Shown here: piece after piece, positions 50,447-62,444 of the stretch | Numbering within the stretch: position 1 is the stretch's first letter | Layout: the number at the start of each line of letters is the position of its first letter | Assembly: GCA_965246715.1 (NCBI GenBank) | Contig: CBDFFH010000014.1 | Location: 15,640-79,639, forward strand | Direction of reading: 5' to 3' | Length of the DNA: 64,000 bases | DNA from: Chamaesiphon sp. | GTDB lineage: Bacteria > Cyanobacteriota > Cyanobacteriia > Cyanobacteriales > Chamaesiphonaceae | Program-made: the position numbers and the translations under genes | Notes under the pieces: generated by a model | The model's database searches: none | What the model was told of the DNA's origin: nothing | Seen by the model: only the letters and a program-made list of their open reading frames with translations

Positions 50447-51520
50447 CTATAATTTTAAGATCGACATCAACCGATCGATCTCGCAATGATTGCCAAATAA
50501 ATCCCGCGCACAGTTGATTTTAATCGGTTCTTGGAGCCGGACTCGACCGAAAGCGCGATCGATAATTTCGACGGTGGTTAAAGTATCTAAATCTACCGAG
50601 AGAATGGGGATTTCTAGGTCTTCAGCACGGCTGACGATAAAGGGTTGTGGAGATAGATGTCCAGTCAAAATCAGACACTGTGTAGAGGTTTCTAGTGCGG
50701 CTAGTTGAATATCGGCGCGATCTCCGCCAGTGACTACTGCCATATTATTCCCCCGCCGGAAGTATTCTAGTGCAGAATTGACATTCATCGCGCCAATTGA
50801 CAGACTCTCGACCATCAGATCGACACGATCGGGACTACACAATATTTCTGCGTCCAGCTGTTCGACTAATTGCTTGACAGTGACACTGCGGAGTAAGCCA
50901 TTGCGATGGACTACCGCCAAGACGGGAATACCCGCGCTTTCTAAAAATGGTACCAATGTCGTTTGAACGCTGTCGATGCGATCGCGTGGAATATCATTGA
51001 TAACGCAGCCCAAGAGTCTGTGGCCAAGCTGCTGCTGGGCTGATAATAACAGATCGATCGACGATACGGGGTGATAACGATTGACTAGGAGCACTCCAGC
51101 ATCCAAAGTCTCGGCGACTTGAGCCGCAGCTAAACCGAACAGACTACCTTCATGCAGATTGGCACCACCTTCGAGAATTACCAGATCGCCAGGAAACCCG
51201 ACTTTTGTTTGCAGTAATTGGGGATAGTCGCAGACATCGATCCCAGTCAATCGATCCTTGGTACGTGCGCCATCCAAGACTAGTAGCGGTTTGCCAACGC
51301 GTTCTGGAGGCAACGACAAGGCATGAGCCATGAGCTGGGCATCACTGGCAATTGCATGCGGCTCTGGAGATTGGCGCTCGTTGATGTCTGCTGTCACCAC
51401 TGGCTGAGTATAGGCAATGTTAATGCCCTTCTCCTGCAAGCGATCGGCAATTCCTAAAATTGTTGCCGATTTTCCGCTACAGGCTTCAGTCGAAGCCACC
51501 AGCAAGTATTTCGTAGCCAT
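50447..51520 (-). CDS. phosphotransacetylase-family DRTGG domain protein
   Basis: STEACSGKS, IGAM, VTGGDRADIQ. Confidence 0.88.
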   Translation of the reverse strand: MATKYLLVASTEACSGKSATILGIADRLQEKGINIAYTQPVVTADINERQSPEPHAIASDAQLMAHALSLPPERVGKPLLVLDGARTKDRLTGIDVCDYPQLLQTKVGFPGDLVILEGGANLHEGSLFGLAAAQVAETLDAGVLLVNRYHPVSSIDLLLSAQQQLGHRLLGCVINDIPRDRIDSVQTTLVPFLESAGIPVLAVVHRNGLLRSVTVKQLVEQLDAEILCSPDRVDLMVESLSIGAMNVNSALEYFRRGNNMAVVTGGDRADIQLAALETSTQCLILTGHLSPQPFIVSRAEDLEIPILSVDLDTLTTVEIIDRAFGRVRLQEPIKINCARDLFGNHCEIDRLMSILKL

Positions 51521-51781
51521 GCCTACACGCTCACCCTTAGTCATTTAATTGCGTAATTCGAGAATTAGTACTATGGGATTGGAAACCCTTTGAGATCGAT
51601 TATTCCACATCAAAGATGGCAAAAACAGTTCGAGCTATGGTAGTAATGACTAAAATTCGGAAGCCAGATGTTCCGCTGTTTGCTACTTAACTCGATCTGC
51701 GATTGGTGATTCTGGTTGTTGGAGCGCCAGCAGCCTCGATGCGAGTGCATCGAGCGGCAGTAAAGCAGCGCACCTCAACCC

Positions 51782-52165
51782 CTAGTCTTCAATTCTCATG
51801 AGTTTACGATAAAACTCCTGCGGAAAATCTGGATTGTTGGTGTCGCGGATATTAATCAACCAATCGATGATGTAACCGATTAAGTCTTTATTTTTGAGAT
51901 TTACATCGTAGGTCAGATCGACGTTATCGTCAAACATCATCGTACAACGGGTCGGATCTTCGGGTAGAGTTTGGATCGCCCAGTTCATCACATAGGGAAT
52001 TTTCTCGCCACCTTCGATCGTCCGATGACCACCCAAGCCACCTTTATTATAGAGCGCGATCGCCTTAGGGAGCACGTTGCGTTTAGGTGGTAGTTTATTG
52101 AAGTAAGGGGCATAGACATTCACTTTATCTGGTGGAGCGGGGACGATTTCATCAAATAAGTTCAT
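51782..52165 (-). CDS. ebsA: type IV pilus biogenesis protein EbsA
   Basis: VYAPY, LPKAIALY, G.RTIEGG, DFPQEFYRKL; next to dnaK. Confidence 0.8.
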   Translation of the reverse strand: MNLFDEIVPAPPDKVNVYAPYFNKLPPKRNVLPKAIALYNKGGLGGHRTIEGGEKIPYVMNWAIQTLPEDPTRCTMMFDDNVDLTYDVNLKNKDLIGYIIDWLINIRDTNNPDFPQEFYRKLMRIED

Positions 52166-52245
52166 CGATTGTGTTGGTGTCTGAGATTAGTTCGAGTTGC
52201 TGCTGATAGTATTCACCATTCCCGACCAAAAATTGACGCTCCCAT

Positions 52246-52278
52246 AAAAAAACCCTGTTTTGCGATGAAACAGGGTTA
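52246..52278 (-). terminator. dnaK terminator
   Basis: aaaaaaaccctgttt...aaacagggtt hairpin, U-tract on minus strand. Confidence 0.75.
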
Positions 52279-52296
52279 TTAATTAACTAGAAATTA

Positions 52297-54216
52297 CTAT
52301 TTAGTTTCAGAGAATTCAGCATCGATGACATCATCGGCACTGCCAGTCGCTCCACTACCAGGAGGGGTACCAGCACCAGGAGGAGTACCATCATCGCCAC
52401 CGCCACTATTGGCACCAGCTTGTTGATAGATATTACTACCGATGCCGTACAGGGTTTGTTGGACTTCGGGAGTGAGGCGTTGGATTTCGGTATCGTCTTC
52501 CTTGGCCACAGCTTCGCGGAGTTCTTTGATTAAGCCTTCAAGCTTGGTTTTGTCCGCTTCCGGAACTTTATCACCGAGTTCTTGAAGTTGTTTCTCAGCT
52601 TGGTAGGTAAGGGAATCAGCTTGGTTTTTGCGATCGATTTTTTCGCGGTTAGCTTTATCCGTCGAAGCGTTAGATTCAGCTTCGCGTACCATCCGTTCGA
52701 CTTCGGTTTTGTCGAGAGTAGAAGCACCCGTGATACTGATCGATTGCTCTTTGCCAGTACCCTTATCTTTAGCCGTAACGTTTAAGATCCCGTTCGCATC
52801 GATGTCTAAGGTAACTTCGATTTGGGGTACGCCGCGAGGTGCAGAGGGGATACCGTCAAGACGGAAGGTTCCCAGGCTCTTGTTGTCGCGAGACATTTCG
52901 CGCTCACCTTGGAGGATCTGGATTTCAACGTTACTTTGTCCGTCTACCGCCGTCGAGAAGGTTTCAAACTTCTTGGTAGGGATTGTGGTGTTACGGGGGA
53001 TGATTTTGGTCATTACGCCGCCGAGAGTTTCGACACCCAAGGAGAGCGGAGTAACGTCGAGTAAGAGAATATCTTTGACTTCACCAGCCAATACACCCGC
53101 TTGTACCGCTGCACCGACGGCAACTACTTCATCAGGGTTGACCGTTTCGTTCGGCTCTTTGTTGAGAATCCGTTTGACGAGTTCTTTGACTGCGGGAATC
53201 CGGGTCGAACCACCAACGAGTACGACTTCATCGATCCGAGTTTTGTCGATTTTAGCATCGCGGACTGCGTTCTCTACTGGGATGCGGCAGCGATCGATCA
53301 AGTCGGAGCAGATTTCTTCAAATTTAGCCCGAGTCAGGGTCAGCTCTAGGTGTTTAGGGCCGTCTTGAGTTGCGGTGATGAAAGGGAGGTTGATTTCGGC
53401 TTGAGTCACACTCGACAGCTCGATTTTGGCTTTCTCAGCAGCTTCAGTCAAACGTTGGAGTGCTTGCCGATCTTTGCGGAGGTCGATCCCTTCATTTTTC
53501 ATGAAGGTACTAGCTAAGTGATCGACGATTTTTTTATCAAAGTCGTCACCACCTAAGTGGCTGTCGCCGGAAGTTGCGAGTACTTCAAAGACACCATCGC
53601 CGACTTCGAGGACGGATACATCGAAGGTACCACCACCGAGGTCGAAGACGAGGATCGTTTCGTTACTCTTCTTGTCTAAACCGTAAGCCAATGCCGCAGC
53701 AGTCGGCTCGTTGATGATCCGCAAGACTTCAACACCAGCGATTTTGCCGGCATCTTTAGTTGCTTGACGTTGAGAGTCGTTGAAATATGCAGGTACGGTA
53801 ATTACGGCTTGGGTAACAGTCTCGCCCAAATATTTACTGGCGTCATCTACCAATTTCCGCAAAACTTGAGCGGAGACTTCTTCTGGTGCAAATTTTTTGC
53901 CCAATCCTGGCGATTCGATTCTAACGCTACCACCGTCATTAATGACCTTGTACGAAATTTCAGTCGCTTCTTGACTGACTTCATCGAATTTCCGACCGAT
54001 AAAGCGTTTGACAGAAGAGAAGGTATTTTCAGGATTCATTACCGCCTGACGTTTAGCGATTTGACCGACCAAGCGATCGCCATTTTTCGCAAACGCTACA
54101 ACAGAAGGGGTAGTGCGGAAACCCTCCGCATTGGCAATAACAGTGGGCTTGCCACCTTCCATCACCGCAACGCAAGAGTTGGTTGTTCCTAAGTCAATGC
54201 CAACAACTTTTCCCAT
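52297..54216 (-). CDS. dnaK: chaperone DnaK (DnaK2-type)
   Basis: [24 protein letters not shown] terminus. Confidence 0.98.
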   Translation of the reverse strand: MGKVVGIDLGTTNSCVAVMEGGKPTVIANAEGFRTTPSVVAFAKNGDRLVGQIAKRQAVMNPENTFSSVKRFIGRKFDEVSQEATEISYKVINDGGSVRIESPGLGKKFAPEEVSAQVLRKLVDDASKYLGETVTQAVITVPAYFNDSQRQATKDAGKIAGVEVLRIINEPTAAALAYGLDKKSNETILVFDLGGGTFDVSVLEVGDGVFEVLATSGDSHLGGDDFDKKIVDHLASTFMKNEGIDLRKDRQALQRLTEAAEKAKIELSSVTQAEINLPFITATQDGPKHLELTLTRAKFEEICSDLIDRCRIPVENAVRDAKIDKTRIDEVVLVGGSTRIPAVKELVKRILNKEPNETVNPDEVVAVGAAVQAGVLAGEVKDILLLDVTPLSLGVETLGGVMTKIIPRNTTIPTKKFETFSTAVDGQSNVEIQILQGEREMSRDNKSLGTFRLDGIPSAPRGVPQIEVTLDIDANGILNVTAKDKGTGKEQSISITGASTLDKTEVERMVREAESNASTDKANREKIDRKNQADSLTYQAEKQLQELGDKVPEADKTKLEGLIKELREAVAKEDDTEIQRLTPEVQQTLYGIGSNIYQQAGANSGGGDDGTPPGAGTPPGSGATGSADDVIDAEFSETK

Positions 54217-54339
54217 AAAACTATAGCTACTTCCTAAATAATGACAACAGTTTGAATAATGGCGGCGATCGCCAGATCGTAACCAGATCGATATTACGTA
54301 TCAATCCCTATACTTGAGCCAACAGCGACTTTTTAAAAA

Positions 54340-54355
54340 GGGTGGTTTTCCGTAC
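54340..54355 (-). promoter_or_regulatory. K-box-like element upstream of dnaK
   Basis: GTACGGAAAACCACCC resembles GTTCGGNNANCCNNAC; second similar copy near 54472-54487. Confidence 0.45.
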
Positions 54356-54602
54356 CTCTTCTACAGTTCGGAGTTCATCTTTCCCAGTTATGGGGTTGTT
54401 GACTCAATTGCTACCTCTCTACTGTATGCGAACGCACCCAATGTCGAAATTGAGGCGAACCGTATAGAGTAGTGGTGCTTACCGAAGCCTGTACCAGTCG
54501 ATCGAATTGGCGCGCTAATTATCGATCGGATAATTACGGCTGGTTTTCAGCTATGATTATTTCTCGATTCTTTAATACCCTCAAGGCTTCGAGGGAGCGC
54601 TC

Positions 54603-55304
54603 TTGACAAAATTACTACCAATTGCCTGTACTTGTGCTATGGTCTTGTCGTGGCATTCCATAGCAGCTAGTGCCAAAGACAAAGAGCCTCGCCTTCGTAA
54701 CGATAGAGAACCGCGCGTACACAGCAATACCGATCGAGGTGTCAAATGTGTAGTAGCTAGCAAGCGCCGCACTATTCGCGATTCGTTGAATTATCCAGGT
54801 GCTTATGAGGAGGGATATATTCAAGGTACCAATGCTAGAGCTGGTGCAGTTAGTTTTCAATCCCCAACGAAAGATGGCGAACTAGCACGGGGCTATGCCG
54901 ATGGTTATCAGCTCAAACCTTATGCTGGGCAACAAACAACCGTCCCTACTGTCAATGATGTAAGCTGTGGTTGTCGCACGCGGATTTTAAAGGATATTAT
55001 CTTTCGCACCGAGCTGGATGTGACCTGTACGTCCGAGCGCATCGCCACCGAATCGATCGAGCGCAGTGATGCTTATCATGCTCAAGCATATAGTGACGGC
55101 TATCGCGAAGGGATTGCTAGCAAAGCCAAGCGCGAAACTTATCAAGCAAGGACTGCTGGCGGTGAATTTGCGAGAGGCTTTGAAGATGGCTATTTTGGTA
55201 GAGCAAACAGTGGGCAACGGTATACAGTATTACCAATTAAAGATTACCAATGCCAATGTCGTTTGCTCACTACTACCGACGACCGCCTCGATCTGGAAAA
55301 TTAA
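54603..55304 (+). CDS. secreted hypothetical protein with two Cys-bracketed Gly/Tyr repeats
   Basis: Signal peptide; AYxxGYxxG...GExARG(Y/F)xDGY...GQ..CxCR occurs twice. Confidence 0.7.
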   Translation: MTKLLPIACTCAMVLSWHSIAASAKDKEPRLRNDREPRVHSNTDRGVKCVVASKRRTIRDSLNYPGAYEEGYIQGTNARAGAVSFQSPTKDGELARGYADGYQLKPYAGQQTTVPTVNDVSCGCRTRILKDIIFRTELDVTCTSERIATESIERSDAYHAQAYSDGYREGIASKAKRETYQARTAGGEFARGFEDGYFGRANSGQRYTVLPIKDYQCQCRLLTTTDDRLDLEN

Positions 55305-55406
55305 CCAGCAATATCCGGTTAGATGCTGGAGTAGCGTGTATTTATGATTATTGATTATTTGACCAAGCTAGTTCGCCCGATCGTCCCTTCGCCCCTATTT
55401 ACCCCT

Positions 55407-56810
55407 ATGACCGCCATTAGCCTCGAACCATCAGCGATTAATAGTCTCAACTTGCCCGATGCGCCACTCTTTGGTACCGACGGAATTAGGGGCAGAGTGG
55501 GAGATATACTAACAGCCAATCTCGCACTTCAAGTCGGTTATTGGGCGGGGCAGATCTTGCGCCGAGTAGCACCAGATGTCGGCCCGATTGTCATCGGCCA
55601 AGATTCGCGCAATTCTAGTGATATGCTAGCAAATGCACTCGCTGCAGGCATTACCTCAGCAGGAATCGAGGTGTGGAATTTGGGCTTGTGCCCGACTCCA
55701 GGTGTCGCACATCTCACCGCAACTAGTGATGCGATCGGTGGCGTGATGATTTCTGCCAGCCACAATCCCCCAGAAGATAACGGAATTAAGTTCTTTGGTG
55801 CAGATGGCAAAAAGTTGGCTAAGGAGTTGCAAGCGGCGATCGAGGATGGGATTAGAGGGAAATCTAGTGCTGTTGTTAGTCCCGATCGCTGGGGTCAACA
55901 TTACTATACTTCCGAACTGATCGTTCAGTATGTCGAAGCAATGAAAGCATCGCTCGATCCTGGGGTTGACTTAGTGGGGATGAAAATCGTCCTCGATCTC
56001 GCCGCAGGCGCAGCCGTCAATGTTGCACCAGAAATATTCGGACAATTGGGTGCAGAATTAATTTGTCTCCACGATGAAGCAGATGGCGATCGGATCAATG
56101 TCAACTGTGGTTCGACACATCTAGCAAATCTCCAAGCAGCCGTAATCCTGCACAATGCCGCACTGGGCTTTGCCTTCGACGGTGATGCCGATCGGGTATT
56201 GGCAGTCGATAACCACGGGCGAAAAGTCGATGGCGATTATATCCTCTTTTTCTGGGGTCAACACCTCCGCCAGCTCGGACTGTTACCCAACGACTCGATC
56301 GTCACCACAGTGATGGCAAATTTGGGCTTCGAGCGGGCTTGGCAAGCCTTGGGGGGGACGATTACCCGCACGGCGGTAGGCGACCAATACGTCCAAGCTG
56401 AGATGACCGATAGCGGTGCGATGTTGGGTGGCGAACAGTCGGGTCACATTCTCTCGCCCCAGCATAGTGTTAGTGGCGATGGTATTCTCACCGCCTTGCA
56501 TGTGGCAGCGATCGTGAGTCAGTCGGGTAAATCGCTCGCTGAGTTGGTAGATAGCAGTTTTCAGACTTATCCCCAAATTCTCAAAAATGTCCGTGTAGAC
56601 GATCGCGATGCTCGCTTAAACTGGGCAAAATGTCAGCCATTACAGGATGGGATTGCCGCAGCGGAAGCGGCAATGGGCGATACGGGCAGGGTATTAGTTC
56701 GTGCCTCGGGTACGGAACCCTTGATTCGGGTGATGGTCGAGGCTGAAACTATGGAAACGACTAAATACTGGACGGAATATTTAGTTGCGATCGTCGAAAA
56801 ACATTTTTAG
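55407..56810 (+). CDS. glmM: phosphoglucosamine mutase
   Basis: [35 protein letters not shown]. Confidence 0.95.
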   Translation: MTAISLEPSAINSLNLPDAPLFGTDGIRGRVGDILTANLALQVGYWAGQILRRVAPDVGPIVIGQDSRNSSDMLANALAAGITSAGIEVWNLGLCPTPGVAHLTATSDAIGGVMISASHNPPEDNGIKFFGADGKKLAKELQAAIEDGIRGKSSAVVSPDRWGQHYYTSELIVQYVEAMKASLDPGVDLVGMKIVLDLAAGAAVNVAPEIFGQLGAELICLHDEADGDRINVNCGSTHLANLQAAVILHNAALGFAFDGDADRVLAVDNHGRKVDGDYILFFWGQHLRQLGLLPNDSIVTTVMANLGFERAWQALGGTITRTAVGDQYVQAEMTDSGAMLGGEQSGHILSPQHSVSGDGILTALHVAAIVSQSGKSLAELVDSSFQTYPQILKNVRVDDRDARLNWAKCQPLQDGIAAAEAAMGDTGRVLVRASGTEPLIRVMVEAETMETTKYWTEYLVAIVEKHF

Positions 56811-56903
56811 TAATCTGGAATTTAGCCATAAACATACCTACCCCGCCCTGTCGGGCACCCCTCCTAGGAGGGGAATTTTAGACAAGAAGGTGAATTAACT
56901 GTA

Positions 56904-56951
56904 AGGGTACCCACACCTCTGCTCCGAGCGGAGCAGAGGTGTGGGTACCCT
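56904..56951. repeat. long hairpin between convergent genes
   Basis: agggtacccacacctctgctccg..cggagcagaggtgtgggtaccct. Confidence 0.75.
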
Positions 56952-57076
56952 GAGGGATTACGGATAAAACTAGAGACTTTCTGGATAAATAATGCTATCA
57001 GTGGTTTGACTGGGAGTTTGGATAACCATAATTATTAACTCGCTCGACTTGTCATTATCATAACTAACTAGTAAAT

Positions 57077-58180
57077 TTACACTCCAAAAAACTTTTCTAC
57101 AGCAGCGAGAATCTGGGTAGAAGCACTACCATCGCCAAAGGGATTAATTGCTGTCGCCATTGCGTGGTAGGCAGCGGGATCGCTCAGTAACTCACTTGCC
57201 TTAGCAGTAATTACCGCTGCATCTGTACCGACCAATTTTGCCGTTCCGCCCGTAACCGCTTCAGGACGTTCGGTAGTTTCGCGGAGTACCAAGACGGGTT
57301 TCCCTAAACTCGGTGCTTCTTCCTGCAATCCACCCGAATCACTTAGAAGTAAATAACTCCGCTGGATGGCACCGACTAATTGAGTGTAGTCGAGCGGTTC
57401 GGTGAGAAAAACGCGGGGATGTTTGCCTAAAATTCGGTTTAATGGTTCGCGGACGGTAGGATTGCGGTGGAGCGGCAATAATAGGGCAGTATCGGGGAAT
57501 TTATCCAAAATTTGCAGCATTCCGGTCGCAATATTTTCTAGCGGTGCGCCCCAATTCTCCCGACGGTGAACGGTGGCGAGAATCGTCCGATATTTAGTCC
57601 AGTCCAAGCCAGGGATGTCACAGGCTGGCTGGGATTTTGCTACAGTGAGCAGTGCATCGATAACGGTGTTTCCCGTTTCATGAATCGTTCCTGTTACCCC
57701 AGATTTATGCAGATTTTCGACGGCGAGATAGGTAGGTGCAAAATGTAATTGTGCAATTTGGGAAATTAAGCGCCGGTTGGCTTCTTCGGGATAGGGATCG
57801 AATAAATTATTGGTACGCAATCCGGCTTCAACATGTCCAATCGGAATTTGTTGATAAAATGCAGCTAGCGCGGCAGCAAAGGCAGTAGTCGTATCGCCTT
57901 GAACCATGACTAGTTGGGGTGCGATCTCTTGAAATAACCGCTCCAAGCCCTGCAAACTTCTTTGGGTGATATCAGTCAGCGTCTGCTGATGCTGCATGAT
58001 ATCCAAATCTCGATCGGCTTTCAACCCAAAAATTTTCATCACCTGCGCTACCATCTCACGATGTTGCCCAGTTAAGACTACCTGGGTAATAAATTTATCT
58101 GAAGCCTGAAACGTGCGAATGACAGGAGCTAATTTTATCGCTTCGGGGCGGGTTCCCAGGGTAAAACAGACACGAATCAT
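57077..58180 (-). CDS. wecB: UDP-N-acetylglucosamine 2-epimerase (non-hydrolysing)
   Basis: GTRPEAIK, GDT, HVEAGLR, HRREN, DSGGLQEEA. Confidence 0.96.
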   Translation of the reverse strand: MIRVCFTLGTRPEAIKLAPVIRTFQASDKFITQVVLTGQHREMVAQVMKIFGLKADRDLDIMQHQQTLTDITQRSLQGLERLFQEIAPQLVMVQGDTTTAFAAALAAFYQQIPIGHVEAGLRTNNLFDPYPEEANRRLISQIAQLHFAPTYLAVENLHKSGVTGTIHETGNTVIDALLTVAKSQPACDIPGLDWTKYRTILATVHRRENWGAPLENIATGMLQILDKFPDTALLLPLHRNPTVREPLNRILGKHPRVFLTEPLDYTQLVGAIQRSYLLLSDSGGLQEEAPSLGKPVLVLRETTERPEAVTGGTAKLVGTDAAVITAKASELLSDPAAYHAMATAINPFGDGSASTQILAAVEKFFGV

Positions 58181-58336
58181 AAGTAGTGATTGGGGTGAGG
58201 GGATTGCGGAATAGTCGATCGTCAGCCAATCGAGTTATCGCGACTTATCGCGACCATCGTTGCTTTAGCAACGACGCAGCCAACAAGATTTACACTTCCT
58301 TAATCATCCTACCTCTGCGGTCTTTTTCAAATACAC

Positions 58337-58363
58337 AAAAAAAGCTCGGTTGTTTCCGAGCTT
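58337..58363 (-). terminator. rho-independent terminator
   Basis: aaaaaaagctcgg...ccgagctt. Confidence 0.65.
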
Positions 58364-58401
58364 GGCGCAAAATAAATTAGGTGATGAAATAGGCTTAAAT
58401 T

Positions 58402-58776
58402 CTAAGAGTCAATATCACAAGTTAGGGGGCAGGTTGCATAGGTAGTCGTACTAACTGGTTCGGCATCTCCATGCAACCAGCTCAACCAACGAACTTCCTG
58501 TGGATGAATCCCTTTCGCGGTCAAGATACCAGCTCCGGCTACTACTGCCAGAATATTTAACGCGATCGTGCCACCAGCAACAATTAGAACTGCGCTAACG
58601 GGGAGAATCGGATGCAATGTAATCGACAGCAACGCCCCAACAGTAGCCATCAACACAACCAATGGAAAACCCACAACTAACAGCGTCACTGTTAGTGCAA
58701 AGCACCAGATCAAGAAGCTCTTAGCTGTAGCAACGTAGCGGCTTTTGGGAAGAGTGCGACTTTGAGTTAATTGCAT
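58402..58776 (-). CDS. hypothetical membrane protein
   Basis: Hydrophobic 124-aa ORF ending YATCPLTC, followed by a terminator. Confidence 0.75.
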   Translation of the reverse strand: MQLTQSRTLPKSRYVATAKSFLIWCFALTVTLLVVGFPLVVLMATVGALLSITLHPILPVSAVLIVAGGTIALNILAVVAGAGILTAKGIHPQEVRWLSWLHGDAEPVSTTTYATCPLTCDIDS

Positions 58777-59132
58777 TTTTATTGGCTCCGGCTATCTAGA
58801 TGGATACTGGCTAAAACTGAGGTGTTTTGGTCGATACCATGTCGGGGATCGATTTAAGCTCGTGCTATCAATATAGATAATCTATCTAAAAAAAAGTAAT
58901 TTTGTTAAAGAAACTTTACATTATTATTAATCTAGCAGGTAATAAATCAGCATTAAAATCTGCTAGGTATTTGCAATCTATTTCTAACGCTTTTTCAAGA
59001 GAAACTTTTCGATACATTCACTGTAAATGCACTTCTGGCAACTGCTTTAGGCATTTTATTCCCAAAAGTGTCCCATCTTCGCTGGCTCAAATTTGCTACT
59101 AAGTATACTTACTGGTAATAGTAACCTAGCTA

Positions 59133-59305
59133 ACGTGAGATCGGGTTAAGGATATTTGCTTCGATTGAGTCCCGCCACCGATTGAAATCGGGGCTAGCAC
59201 TGCAAAGTCCGCCTTCGCGGACTAGGATATTAGTCCGCGAAGGCGGACTTTGCATCACAAGTCGAGACTTCCAGTCTCTAGGCTCTTCTTAACCCGAACT
59301 CACGT
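59133..59305. mobile_element. IS982-type MITE with 6-bp TSD carrying a palindrome
   Basis: acgtgagatcgggttaag / cttaacccgaactcacgt; TAGCTA at 59127-32 and 59306-11. Confidence 0.85.
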
Positions 59306-59436
59306 TAGCTATACTCTTAGCTGAAGTGCGATCGCGGTTTTAGATAATGCCATCCGGATAACGTGACACTGGCAATCTCAAGGTACTTTGGCGCTGAGTC
59401 TCGATCGACATCTTTAGATCTTAAACCCATTACTTT

Positions 59437-59487
59437 AAATAAACAAACGCCAAGGTGCTCATCGAGCGCCTTGGCGTTTGTTTATTT
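59437..59487. terminator. hairpin terminator downstream of the fasciclin gene
   Basis: aaataaacaaacgccaagg...ccttggcgtttgtttattt. Confidence 0.7.
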
Positions 59488-59498
59488 CTTGCTAGATA

Positions 59499-60176
59499 TT
59501 AATTAGCAGGAGGCATGAGCACGGTATCGATAACGTGAATTACACCGTTGCTAGCTTTGACATCAGCTTTAATAACCTTCGCGTTATTGATAGTGACATT
59601 TTTACCACTAATCTTCACAGTAATGTCAGCCCCTGCAACTGTCGGGACTTTACCCGCTTTGAGCATCTTGCTAGTCACAGCACCCGCAACTACATGGTAA
59701 GTCAGAACTCTTTGGAGTTGTGCTTTGTTTTCTGGTTTGAGGAGCTTGGCGAGAGTAGCTTTAGGCAACTTATTGAATGCTTCGTTGGTAGGTGCAAATA
59801 CCGTGTAAGGGCCAACACCAGAAAGAGTATCAACTAAATCTGCTGCTTTTAAAGCTTTTACCAATGTCGTGAAAGATTTATTCCCCGCTGCAACATCTAC
59901 GATGGTTTTACTAGTAGCATTTGTGGCTGGAGTTTTGCTAGGCTTGGACATGCCACCTGGACTCATGGTCCCGGTTGGTTGAGTCATCGATCCACCGCTT
60001 GGACTCATGGTCCCGGTTGGTTGAGTCATCGCACCACCACTAGGTGTTGTAGTAGGTGTGGTCGTAGTTCCGGGCGTACCACTTTGAGCGTGACTGGACA
60101 GACTGAATAAAAGACCTGTAGATGCGATCGCAATCCCTAAAGTTGCCACGATCGATTTTTGAGCGTAGTTAGACAT
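59499..60176 (-). CDS. fasciclin (FAS1) domain protein
   Basis: TVFAPTNEAF, LTYHVV, NGVIHVID; signal peptide; MTQPTGTMSP repeated twice. Confidence 0.93.
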   Translation of the reverse strand: MSNYAQKSIVATLGIAIASTGLLFSLSSHAQSGTPGTTTTPTTTPSGGAMTQPTGTMSPSGGSMTQPTGTMSPGGMSKPSKTPATNATSKTIVDVAAGNKSFTTLVKALKAADLVDTLSGVGPYTVFAPTNEAFNKLPKATLAKLLKPENKAQLQRVLTYHVVAGAVTSKMLKAGKVPTVAGADITVKISGKNVTINNAKVIKADVKASNGVIHVIDTVLMPPAN

Positions 60177-60464
60177 GAAAACTAAACCTAAATAAAAGTA
60201 TAAACACTTGTTAATAGTTTATGACTTTAAATTAAGTTTTGTGTTCCTGACCCAAGCATCGAGCGCTAGGGCTAGATGCTGGTGAAATCGCTGAGTCTCA
60301 CAGAGGAGGTCGGTAAACCTCCGGCATAAACTTAGGAACTGGGCGAATAAATTTCTGGTTACTTAGATTTATGCAGAAGGTATAATTTATCGATCGTCGG
60401 TGATGGTGATGCGACTCGGACAGACGTTATGGTATAATGTCCGTCACAAATTTCGCTCTTGCGG

Positions 60465-61647
60465 CTAAACCTTCCCACGTAACATCATGGCCATTTCGTT
60501 AGCTGTCGGCGATAGTTCGAGCGCGGTCTCTTCGGTAATCCGTCCTTCTTGATAAAGGGCAAATAGGGATTTATTCATTGTGATCATCCCATCGAATTCA
60601 CCGTCAGTCATCAACGGAGCGATTTCATCGTACTTACCATCCCGCACATAGTCCTTGACAGTTTCGGTATTGATCAGAATATCGTGATAAGCAGCCCGTT
60701 TACCGTCAGTAGTCCGACACAATCCTTGCGAGATGACTGCAACTAAAGATTCTGCTAATGAAACACGCATCACGGCTTGCTCTTCTGGCTTGAAGAGATT
60801 GAGAATCCGTTCGATAGTTTTGATCGCACTGTTGGTATGCAGGGTTCCGATCACTAAGTGTCCGGTTTGAGCGGCTTTGAGGGCGGTATTGACGGTCTCA
60901 CGATCGCGCATTTCTCCCACTAAGATCACGTCGGGATCTTCCCGCAGAGCCGCTTTCAGCGCGGTATCAAATTTGCGGGTATTCGCGCCAACTTCACGGT
61001 GTTTGATCAAGGCGCGTCTGCTTTTATGAATAAATTCGATCGGGTCTTCGATCGTGATGATATGGCGCGGCATTTCCTTGTTCATATAATCTACCATCGC
61101 GGCCATCGATGTCGATTTACCCGAACCCGTTGGGCCGGTGACGAGAATTAGACCTTTATGATAGTGACAGACATCGCGGAATACAGGCGGTAAGCGCAAT
61201 TCCTCGATCGTGGCAATTTGCATCGGAATCAGTCGCATCACCATGCCATAACCATACAGCGAGTCGAATAAATTGATCCGTACCCTGGCAAATTCGTACT
61301 GGGTGGCCCCGTCAAAGTCTAACTTGGCTTGAAATGTGCGAATTTCCTCTGGAGTGAGCACTTCATGCAACCAGGACATAAAGGGTCGCATAATCGGTTT
61401 CTGGGTAATCAGTTGCTTCAATTTCACCCCGATTGCGAAATCTCGGTATTTCACCAATGCCCACATGGACATCAGAATAGCCTCGATCGAATGCTTCACC
61501 TACTAATTCGCCGATGCTGGGTTGTCCTGGGGGTAACGGATATGTCGTCGCTGACGATCCTGTCATCGTCGATGCGTTAGTCAGTGGTGTGGCCACAACC
61601 CGAGATGGTGGTGGTGGGGGAGCGGGAAAGTTGATGGAGTTTACCAT
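60465..61647 (-). CDS. pilT: type IV pilus retraction ATPase PilT paralogue, +1 frameshift near 61384
   Basis: SDVHVG in 5' ORF; GPTGSGKST, TIEDPIE, ALREDPDVILVGEMRD, TLHT in 3' ORF. Confidence 0.88.
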
Positions 61648-62444
61648 AGATCGATCGACTCGATAATTTTGCGCTACTACTTTCGTTTAGGTTGCCCAAA
61701 TTTTAGTGCTCGATCTACTGTCACCCAAATCTCCAACAAATAAACGATCGACGATCCGACTCTGAATCGATTCGACAGAGCCAACTAGCGAAAATAATCG
61801 AGAAACTGGTATATTTTTATACTCAAACTCACAAAGCCGTTCATTTAGACTGAGGCGTTCGGCATTAGCCTATTTGGGTACTATAACAGTAGCAAGGCAA
61901 GCATTTAACCACATGGTAATGCTGAGAGTTTTAGTTGGCACGATCCGATCGATCTCAACTTGTAACGATTTATCCTCGCTCCATCTGCAAGAATATTATC
62001 GATCCAGGAGTAGCAATCTTAATGAGTAAATCCAGTAAATCCACGTAGTGTTTTCAGTCTTAAAAATACCGTTGACTTAAAACACGCGAAGTTTGGTAAA
62101 ATGAAAGTCATATATACAATATTCTCGTAAATTATTATGCTATCTGTCAAATATTTCGCCGCCAATTTCAGTTCGAGCTAAATCGATCGTTCGCTTTAAC
62201 CTACTAATACTGTGCTGTTTGTCTGACTAGCTCGGGCGATTGCAGCCAAATTGTTAAACTCTATATCTTTAAATTAACTAGCTAAACATAGCACCACAAT
62301 TCAATCCGCTCTCGCCTGTAAATCTATGGCTGGTTAAATCCTAGCCTTAGACAGTCCTGTCAATGTATATTGGCTGACTATAGCTCGCAGCCGAGGTTGG
62401 GGGATTTAATCTAACTTATTAAAAATAACTAGGTAATAATTATA

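Noticed and set aside
52628..53368. Long antisense ORFs in dnaK, purL and the HEAT gene
   Set aside because: Codon-bias shadows of conserved genes on the other strand
29673..59305. Repeats containing GAAAC or ATTGAAA as a CRISPR array
   Set aside because: Dispersed, no regular repeat-spacer period, no cas genes
60260..60345. Hairpin upstream of the fasciclin gene as a riboswitch
   Set aside because: No aptamer consensus recognised
60465..61647. pilT frameshift as programmed phase variation
   Set aside because: The run is only 3 nt and matches the window-wide +1 error pattern
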